From: Spirochaetia bacterium
Lineage (GTDB): Bacteria > Spirochaetota > Spirochaetia > SZUA-6 > Bin103
Length of the DNA: 64,000 nt
Assembly: GCA_965199955.1 (NCBI GenBank)
Contig: CBDATQ010000002.1
Span: 1,130,374 to 1,194,373 of the forward strand
Direction of reading: 5' to 3'
In this document: piece after piece, positions 44,799-52,176 of the stretch
How positions within the stretch are numbered: the first letter of the stretch is position 1
How the letters are laid out: every line of letters begins with the position of its first letter
Translations under genes and position numbers: made by a program
Notes under the pieces: generated by a model
The model's database searches: none
The model's input: the letters and a program-made list of their open reading frames with translations, nothing else
Told to the model about the DNA's origin: nothing

Positions 44799-46146
44799 CA
44801 CTACAGCCGTTGATACCGATACCGTCGTAGCGCAGCGCCCGGCGCTGCTCGGCGGTCCGCCTGCACTTGACCCGGCGACCGTCCCGGACGACCTGTTCAC
44901 CTGGCCGATCATTACCGAGGAAGACGAGCAGGCCGTCCTGGAAGTGCTGAACTCCGGGCGCATGTCCGGATTCGACATCACCAAGCAGTTCGAGGCGGAG
45001 TTCGCCGAGTGGCAGGGCGTGGACTACGTGCTGGCCCACAACACCGGCACCGGCTCCATCCAGGCGGCGCTGTACGCCCTGGGCGTGCGCGCCGGGGACG
45101 AGGTGGTCTGCCAGAGTACGACCTACTGGGCATCGTGCGGGCCGGCGCTGTCGCTCGGCGCCACGGTCCGCTTCGCCGACATCGACCCGGTCACGCTGTG
45201 CATCGACCCCGCGGACCTGGAGCGCCGCCTGACGCCGCGCACCAAGGTCGTGATCGTCGTCCACTACTGCGGCCACCCCGCCGACATGGACGCGGTGCTG
45301 GCCATCACGGAGCCGCGCGGCATCGCCGTGATGGAGGATGTCTCACACGCCCACGGCGCGCTGTACCGGGGACGCAAGGTCGGCACCTTCGGCGCCGTCG
45401 CGGCGATGTCGGTGATGAGCGGCAAGGCGCTGCCGGCCGGAGAAGGCGGCGTCATGGTGACCCAGGACCGCGGCATGTACGAGCGCGCCCTCGCCTGGGG
45501 CCACTATTCGCGCGGGCAGCGCGAGCTCACCGATCCCGAGCTGGTCCGTACCTCCGGCATCGCGCTGGGCGGCTACAAGTACCGGATGCAGCAGCTCAAC
45601 GCCACGATCGGGCGCGGGCAGCTCCGCCACTACGACGACCGCGAGCGTGAGATCAGGTCCGCCATGAACCGGTTCTGGGACCTGCTCGACGACTGTCCCG
45701 GCATCCGCGGACACCGCGTCGACGAGGCGACCGGCAGCACCATGGGCGGCTGGTACAACCCGCACGGCCTGTACGCGCCAGAGGAGCTGGGAGGACTCTC
45801 CCTGACGCGCTTCCTGGATGCACTGGCGGCGGAGGGGGTAGGGCGCCTCGGCGTCGGCATCAACATGCCGCTGCACCTGCACCCGCTGTTCCGCGACGTC
45901 GACGTGTACGGCCGGGGAGCCCCCACCAACGCGCAGGCCACCGACGACCTGCCCGTGGCAGAGGGCATCCACGCGCGCACCTTCCACGTGCCGTGGTTCA
46001 AGCACGACCGCGCGGAGGTGATCGAGCGCTACGCCATGGCGTTCCGCAAGGTGATCGCCCACGCGGACGAGCTGCGCGCCGGGGACACGGGCAACCCGCC
46101 CGGCTTCGGCATGTGGCCCGGCCTGCAGCCGTCGGCGGTCACATGA
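44794..46146 (+). CDS. DegT/DnrJ/EryC1/StrS-family PLP-dependent aminotransferase
   Basis: 450 aa. Family pattern ..FEAEFAEWQGVDYVLAHNTGTGSIQAAL.., DVSHAHG, and a Lys-containing SGKALPAGEGG. Confidence 0.8.
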   Translation: MPTTAVDTDTVVAQRPALLGGPPALDPATVPDDLFTWPIITEEDEQAVLEVLNSGRMSGFDITKQFEAEFAEWQGVDYVLAHNTGTGSIQAALYALGVRAGDEVVCQSTTYWASCGPALSLGATVRFADIDPVTLCIDPADLERRLTPRTKVVIVVHYCGHPADMDAVLAITEPRGIAVMEDVSHAHGALYRGRKVGTFGAVAAMSVMSGKALPAGEGGVMVTQDRGMYERALAWGHYSRGQRELTDPELVRTSGIALGGYKYRMQQLNATIGRGQLRHYDDREREIRSAMNRFWDLLDDCPGIRGHRVDEATGSTMGGWYNPHGLYAPEELGGLSLTRFLDALAAEGVGRLGVGINMPLHLHPLFRDVDVYGRGAPTNAQATDDLPVAEGIHARTFHVPWFKHDRAEVIERYAMAFRKVIAHADELRAGDTGNPPGFGMWPGLQPSAVT

Positions 46147-47663
46147 CCGCCGCGTTCCGCGCCGAGCGCGAGGCCCTCAAGCGCCGCCGCCGGCGGATCA
46201 TCCTCAACAACGACGGCAACGAACCGGTCTACCTGATCGAGGCCCCGACCGAGGAGGAGCTGCTCAAGTACCGCACCGGCCCGCTGGCCGGGTCGCAGGT
46301 GGATACCGTGTTCTATGCGACGTGGTGCTCGGGCTTCACGATGTTCACGCACCTGACCAGGGTGGGGCAGCTCTTCACCGTCGAAGGCGAGTGGTACAAC
46401 CGCAACATGATGGCGGCACTGGCGGAGGCCGGCATCGATCCGCTGCGCGTGATGAACGACTTCATCCACGAACAGGGCAGGGAGGTCTTCTGGTCGCTGC
46501 GCATGAACGACACGCACGACAGCCAGGGGGCCGACTACTCCGCCGAAATGTTCGCGGCCAACGACTTCAAGCAGGCCCATCCGGAGTACCTGCTGGCCAC
46601 CCCGGAGACGCGCCCTCGGTACGGCGGCTGGTCGGCGGTCGACTTCGCGGAGCCGGAGGTGCGCGAGCTGACCTTCCGGTTCGTGGAGGAGGTCTGCCTC
46701 AACTACGACGTGGACGGGGTCGAGCTCGACTTCTACCGGCACCCGGTCTTCTTTCGTGAGCCGGCCCGCGGCTTTCCCGCAGGCGGCGTGGAACGAGACC
46801 TGATGACCGACCTGGTGAGCCGCATCCGCCGCATGACCGAGGAGGTCGGCCAGCGCCGCGGCCGCCCGATCCTGGTGGCAGCGCGCCTGCCGGACTCCGT
46901 GCCCTACTGCCGGGCGATCGGCCTCGACCTCGAACGGTGGCTGGCCGATGATCTGCTGGACCTGCTGATCCCCGCCGGCTACCTGAAGCTCAACCCGTGG
47001 GAGACCTCCGTGGAGCTGGGACACCGCTACGGCGCCATGGTCTACCCGGCCCTGGACGAGTCGCGCGTGAACGAGCCGGGCACGGCCGACGTCAAGACCG
47101 GAACCTTCAGCACGCCGCGCGGCGGAGACGCCTCCTACCGGGCGCGCGCCGCCAACGTCTGGCGCGCGGGGGCCGACGGCGTGTACCTGTACAACTTCTT
47201 CAACCCGTCCAGCCCCATCCTGCGTCAGCTCGGCGAGATGGAGACGATCCGGAGCGCCGAGCGGCGCTACTTCGTGAGCGTGCGCGGCGTGGCGCGGGTG
47301 GCCGGCGACGGCTTCCCGCACGAGAGCTACCTGCGCGTGCCGACCCTCACACCGCAGCATCCGCGGCAGCTCTTCCCGAGTCGGCCGGTCGCGGAGTACC
47401 TGACGGTGGGCGAGGACCCGCGCACGGAGCCGCGGGCTGGCTCGGCGGCGGTGGAGCTGCGCATCTGGAACGCCGGCGCGGACCAAGTCGCCGCTGCGGT
47501 CAACGGTCAGGCGCTTGCGTTGCAGGCAGGCGAGGGCGACCTGGCGACGGCGGCCGTCGAGCCGGACACGATCGTCCCCGGGGCGAACCGGATCGAGGTC
47601 ACCCTGGACGCCGCCGCCACGCGGCCGGCGCTGCTGGCCGACGCTCGGATCCTGCTGGCATAG
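46143..47663 (+). CDS. Uncharacterised TIM-barrel, GHL10/DUF187-like putative glycoside hydrolase (third paralogue)
   Basis: The ATG at 46143 overlaps the DegT stop (ATGA); 506 aa. RRIILNNDGNEP.. N-terminus and DVDGVELDFYRHP strand motif. Confidence 0.6.
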   Translation: MTAAFRAEREALKRRRRRIILNNDGNEPVYLIEAPTEEELLKYRTGPLAGSQVDTVFYATWCSGFTMFTHLTRVGQLFTVEGEWYNRNMMAALAEAGIDPLRVMNDFIHEQGREVFWSLRMNDTHDSQGADYSAEMFAANDFKQAHPEYLLATPETRPRYGGWSAVDFAEPEVRELTFRFVEEVCLNYDVDGVELDFYRHPVFFREPARGFPAGGVERDLMTDLVSRIRRMTEEVGQRRGRPILVAARLPDSVPYCRAIGLDLERWLADDLLDLLIPAGYLKLNPWETSVELGHRYGAMVYPALDESRVNEPGTADVKTGTFSTPRGGDASYRARAANVWRAGADGVYLYNFFNPSSPILRQLGEMETIRSAERRYFVSVRGVARVAGDGFPHESYLRVPTLTPQHPRQLFPSRPVAEYLTVGEDPRTEPRAGSAAVELRIWNAGADQVAAAVNGQALALQAGEGDLATAAVEPDTIVPGANRIEVTLDAAATRPALLADARILLA

Positions 47664-47931
47664 AGCACCGCCCGGCTGGCGCGCTCAGCCATCGCGGTCC
47701 GTGCCGGCCCGTGAGCGGGTTGCGCCAGCGAACGTCCCGCAGGCGGCCGAATTCGGTGTCGTCGCGCAGACCCAGGGGTCGAGCGCGCACCTGGAAGCCC
47801 TCAGTATCCTCGGGGACTCGCCTCAAGCCGTTGCGGACTGTTTCGTTCAGGGTCGCCTTGAAGCTGCGCTGGGAGCGACGCATCTCCTCGCGGATCATCT
47901 GCTCGGCGTCGTCATCGAGCGCAACGTGCCT
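47599..47931 (-). pseudogene. VapB-type (DUF2191-like) antitoxin relic without start codon or toxin partner
   Basis: ..RHVALDDDAEQMIREEMRRSQRSFKATLNETVRNGLR...FQVRARPLGL.. parallels the vapB at 62221-62469 (MRTTITIDDDVAAELARIRSQQRASFKKVINDTLRAGL..). There is no ATG/GTG/TTG at the expected position, the tail is aberrant, and no PIN gene follows. Confidence 0.3.
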
Positions 47932-48036
47932 GCGAGCTGCACGGAACGCGAACGAAAAGAAAGGGGAGCGGCCTTGCAGCCACTCCCCTGTGTGATCCGT
48001 CGGGATCTCTTGTCCGGATCGTGATCCGGCCGGGAC

Positions 48037-49687
48037 TCAGTAGACCCACCGTCCCTGGCGAAACTCCTCGACGATCGGCGCCTTGGCGAGCTCGGCGACG
48101 ATGTCGGCGCCGCCGGCATCGCTCCACGCCTGCACGTAGGCGTCCCACTCGGCGTCGACGTCGATCTGGCCGGTGATCCCCTTGTAGAAGAACTCGCTCC
48201 ACATCGTGTTCAGCGTGGACATGAAGCGCTGGCGCAGGTCTTCGAAGTCGGTCTCGGTGCGGAAGTCGGCGCGGTGCGACCGAGTAGTGTACACGTTGAC
48301 GCCGCCGTCCACCAATGCGTAGCCGCTCTGGAAGTCGGCCAGGGGTCTGGGCGCGATGATCTTCAACCGGTCCAGGGTATAGAACACCGGATAGACCGAA
48401 AGCCGGCCGTGGCCGGCGCCCTCAGGGAGCTCGTCCTCCGTCCGTTCGCGCGCGAACGACTCGAAGGGCTCGCCGTCCCAGTCGAAGTGGACGCCTTCCT
48501 TGCCATTGCGGAAGATGATCCAGCCCTCCATCGTGCCCATGTAGAAGTCGAGCATCTCCAGCATTTTCTTCAGCTTGGCGTCCGACACCGAGTCGCTGGC
48601 ATAGAACTTGTAATTGCCGACGCCGGCGATCGAGGAATAGGCGCGCCCGCCGCGTTCGCCGCCAGGACCGATGATCGGCGGGATGCCCACCACCTCGGCG
48701 CCGGGCTGACCGAGCTCGTCGTCAGGAACCATGTTGTTGGGTGTGCGGTACATGGCATATGTCTGGCCCGCGTTGGTGTACGGCTCCGACTGCACGCCGT
48801 ACAGGCCGGCCTGCCCCTTCTCCCAGTACTTGTCGCGGTTCAGGGTGGGGAGCTCGCGATCGACCAGCCCCTCGGCGAACCATGCGCCGAACGCCTTGAT
48901 GAACTCCTTCATCCCCGGGTCGGTATGGAAGTAGTAGAGCTGGCCGTCGACCTCACGGTTGGTGCCGTCGCCACGGATTCCGAACGCGCCTCACCCACTG
49001 GTTGAGGCACCAGTGGGTGAGGTTGCATGCGCCCAGGGGAATCTCGACGGTGCCGGGCTTTACGTCGCGAAAGCCGCGCAGCAGGTCGCCCATCTCGTCC
49101 CAAGTCATGTCGTATTCGTAGTAATGGACCCGGCCGTACACGTCCAGCGAAACCTTGCCGTCGTCATAGCCGGGCATTTCGAGGCCCGCCTCGGTGGCGC
49201 GGTCGTAGCGGAAGAACGGCAGCATCAGGTTGCCGTCGGTGTTCAGGGAGATGCCGTTGATCGCCAGCAACTCGTCGGGGTTGTCGGGATTCTCCCAGGT
49301 GTTCCATGCCAGCGGGTAGTCGTCGTACATCTGGGAGATGTTGGGCGCGTACTCGCGGACCCACTCCTTGGGTATGGCGCGCGTCACTCCGTCCTGATAG
49401 AACTCGACGGGATTGCCCCAGAAGTTGCCGAAGTCCGGCTGCTCGCCGGCGGCCAGCATGGCTTGGCGCTTCTCACCGTCGTTCTCGAAGATCTAGTTGC
49501 TGGTGACCGTCACGCCGAAGCGTTCCTGCATGTCCTTGTAGGCGTAGGAGTCGGCGTACTGACTCATCCACGTCATCTCGGTGACGTCGGCCGCGGCCTC
49601 GTCCTGGCCTTCGGCCCACAGGGCCATCGGCGCCAGCAGCAGCGCTGCGGCGCATGTCGCGAACAGTACTCGTTTCATTCGTACCAC
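48037..49687 (-). pseudogene. LplA-type extracellular solute-binding protein with an in-frame amber codon and a frame-breaking palindromic insert
   Basis: Signal peptide MKRVLFATCAAALLLAPMALWA. An in-frame TAG at 49493-49495 falls between ..VTVTSN and IFENDGEKRQ... The frame switches at 48989-49022. The C-terminal 291 aa are intact (..DAEWDAYVQAWSDAGGADIVAEL..). Confidence 0.75.
48989..49022. repeat. 34-bp perfect palindromic element inside the binding-protein gene
   Basis: CCTCACCCACTGGT-TGAGGC-ACCAGTGGGTGAGG has 14-bp perfect arms and a 6-nt loop. Deleting exactly these 34 nt gives the in-frame ..EIPLGACNAFGIRGDGTNREVDGQLYYFHTDPG.. Confidence 0.8.
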
Positions 49688-49753
49688 CTTGTGAAGAGTT
49701 TGGCGCCGTCCGGCGCCTCCGGCGACAACGCGCCGGGATTTGGATCCTTCATC

Positions 49754-50659
49754 TTAGCCCTTGAGCCCGCCTACGAAAATGCCCTTGACGAAATAGCGCT
49801 GCAGAAACGGGTAGGCCAGCACGATCGGGCCGATGGTCAACAGCATCACCGCGGCGCGCACCGCCTTGGTGGGCACGATGATGCCCATCAGGTCCTGCCA
49901 GTCCAGCTTGTCGAACAACTCGTCCGAGGTAAGCAGGAACATCATGCGCCGCAGGATGAGCTGCAGGACCAGCTTGGATTCGCTATTGATGAAGAGCAGC
50001 GCGTGAAACCACTCGTTCCAGTGGAACACCGCTGCCCACAGGGCGATCACCGCTAGCACCGGCTTGGAAAGCGGCAGCACGACGCGCGTCAGGATCTGCA
50101 GGTAGTTGGCGCCGTCAATGAAAGCCGCCTCCTCGTACGCGTCGTCGACGGTCATCAGGAAATTTCGCATGATCAGGATGTAGAAGCCGTTGGCCATGCT
50201 GGGCAGGATCAGCGCCCAACGCGAATTGAGCAGCCCCACGCCGCGCACCACCAGATACAAGGTGATGAAGCCGCCGGAGAAGACCATCGTGATCAGGATC
50301 ACGACGGTCATGACAGTCCTGCCTGGCAATCGTTTCTTGGACAGCGGATAGGCGGCGGCCACCGTGGCAACCAGGATCGCGGCAGTGCCGAGCACGGTGC
50401 GGAGGATCGAATTGCCGTACGCCTGCACTACATCGCCGTAGCTGGACAGGGCGAACCGGTAGGTCGCGATGCTCCACTCGCGGGTCCAGAGCTTCAACCC
50501 CAGGTGGTTGGCCCATTCGTTGGGGGTGAACGACAACACCAGCATGATCCAGAACGGCACCAGGATCGACAGCGCAAACAGCGCTATGAGCAGCGTGTTG
50601 ACCAAGTCGAAGGCGACCCCTCCCGCGCTCCGTCGCCGCAGTACATGCGCTTCGGCCAT
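49754..50659 (-). CDS. Sugar ABC transporter permease (LplC/MalG-like)
   Basis: 301 aa with EAA loop EAAFIDGANYLQILTRVVLPLSKP. Confidence 0.9.
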   Translation of the reverse strand: MAEAHVLRRRSAGGVAFDLVNTLLIALFALSILVPFWIMLVLSFTPNEWANHLGLKLWTREWSIATYRFALSSYGDVVQAYGNSILRTVLGTAAILVATVAAAYPLSKKRLPGRTVMTVVILITMVFSGGFITLYLVVRGVGLLNSRWALILPSMANGFYILIMRNFLMTVDDAYEEAAFIDGANYLQILTRVVLPLSKPVLAVIALWAAVFHWNEWFHALLFINSESKLVLQLILRRMMFLLTSDELFDKLDWQDLMGIIVPTKAVRAAVMLLTIGPIVLAYPFLQRYFVKGIFVGGLKG

Positions 50660-51670
50660 CTACCAGACTCCCTGCCCGGTGAGGCGGCGGGCGATCTTGT
50701 GGGCGCCGAGCAGCAACAGGACCGCCATCACGCTCTTGAACAGACCTACCGCGGCGGCGAAGTCGTACTGATGCAGGCCGCCCTCACCTCCCAAGCCGCG
50801 GCGATAGACGAAAGTGTCGATGATGTCGGAGACCTCGTAGACCAGGGGGTTGTACAGGTTGAAGACCTGGTCGAATCCGGCGTTGAGCAGATTGCCGACG
50901 CGCAGGATCGCCAGGATGGTAATGACCGGCAGCAGTGACGGCAGGGTGATGTGGATCGACCGCTGCATGCGGTTGGCGCCGTCCACGGTGGCCGACTCGT
51001 AGAGCTCCGGATCGATCGAGGCAAGGGCGGCCAGGTAGATCACCGACTGCCAGCCCATCTCCTTCCAGATCTCCGTGACGATGAGCATGGGGCGGAACAA
51101 GGCGCCCGTCGTGAGCACCTCTGGGGGTGGTTGCCCCAGCCAGACGGCGATCTGGGCGAGCGGGCCGCTCTGCGGGGAAAGGATCTCTCGCAGGATCGTG
51201 GCCAGGATGACCCAGGACATGAAGTGCGGGAGGTAGGAGATGGTCTGCGCCGTCTTCTTGAACGGCTGGCTGGGCAACTCGTTGACCAGCAGCGCCAGCA
51301 GGATCGGCGCCGGGAAGCCCCACAGCAGCTTGAGCCCGCTGATCACCACGGTGTTGCGGATGATCCGCCACGCGTACGGGTTGCGGAAGAAGTCCTCGAA
51401 GTGCTGCAGGCCCACCCAGCGGCTGCCCCAGTAGCCGCGGCCGAGGCGGAAGTCCTTGAAGGCGATGATGTTCCCGTACATCGGCAGGTAGTGGAAGATG
51501 AAGAAGATCGCCAGCGGCAGCAGGAACAGCAGGTAGAGCAGCCGCATCTGCTTGGCGCGCTGCCAGCTCTCGGAACGCAGCCGCCGGCGCAGGTCGGCAG
51601 GCAGCGCCCTGGATGCGGAGGGGACACCCCCCTGTTCCGGTACGACCTGTTTCACGTCGAGCTCAGCCAT
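50660..51670 (-). CDS. Sugar ABC transporter permease (LplB/MalF-like)
   Basis: 336 aa with motifs FHYLPMYGNIIAFKDF and ESATVDGANRMQRSIHITLPSL. Confidence 0.9.
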   Translation of the reverse strand: MAELDVKQVVPEQGGVPSASRALPADLRRRLRSESWQRAKQMRLLYLLFLLPLAIFFIFHYLPMYGNIIAFKDFRLGRGYWGSRWVGLQHFEDFFRNPYAWRIIRNTVVISGLKLLWGFPAPILLALLVNELPSQPFKKTAQTISYLPHFMSWVILATILREILSPQSGPLAQIAVWLGQPPPEVLTTGALFRPMLIVTEIWKEMGWQSVIYLAALASIDPELYESATVDGANRMQRSIHITLPSLLPVITILAILRVGNLLNAGFDQVFNLYNPLVYEVSDIIDTFVYRRGLGGEGGLHQYDFAAAVGLFKSVMAVLLLLGAHKIARRLTGQGVW

Positions 51671-51679
51671 GGTGCAGCA

Positions 51680-52099
51680 TCACTTCAGCTTGAGCAGCGG
51701 GTAGTCCGGTGACTCCGGCCGGGGGGTCAGGGTGCGGTTGGTGCAGTCGGCGATCAGATCCAGCGCTTCCATGACGATCTGGCCGACCAGCGGCTCGCTG
51801 AGGGGAGGCCCGACCACGCAGTCGGTGCTCATGAACCGGTTGCCGATGCGTATGGTCAGCGGACCCGCTACCGGCCGCTCCTCCTTCCGTTCGTCGGCAT
51901 ACGACACGATCACGGTTCGCCGGACGCCGACGCCGAGCCGTTCGACGACGTTCTGTGGCAGCACGAGCATGACGGCGCCGGTATCGACGACCGCCTCGAC
52001 GCTCGTACGCCGTATGTCGGATTCCCGACCGTGTCCCTTCTCGAAATACGCCCGATCCACCGGATTCTCCAGTTCTGCGTTGACCGCGATCTCCCCCAT
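51680..52099 (-). CDS. Retropepsin-like (clan AA) aspartic protease, AF_0612/TIGR03698-like
   Basis: MGEIAVNAELENP... with the catalytic VVDTGAVMLVLP motif and ..PLVGQIVMEALDLIAD.. tail; 139 aa from the ATG at 52099. Confidence 0.6.
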   Translation of the reverse strand: MGEIAVNAELENPVDRAYFEKGHGRESDIRRTSVEAVVDTGAVMLVLPQNVVERLGVGVRRTVIVSYADERKEERPVAGPLTIRIGNRFMSTDCVVGPPLSEPLVGQIVMEALDLIADCTNRTLTPRPESPDYPLLKLK

Positions 52100-52176
52100 G
52101 CACGCCTCCATTCGTGGTGCGCCGTCGCGCATTCTATCCTACCGTCGGACGTTCCGCATGCAATCCTCGCCCAAGC

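Noticed and set aside
38872-49495. The two in-frame TAG codons as evidence for amber recoding (pyrrolysine or an alternative genetic code).
   Set aside because: TAG is used as an ordinary terminator by intact genes here (for example 14340-14342 and 26672-26674). Both affected genes carry additional independent lesions. No pyl genes were seen.
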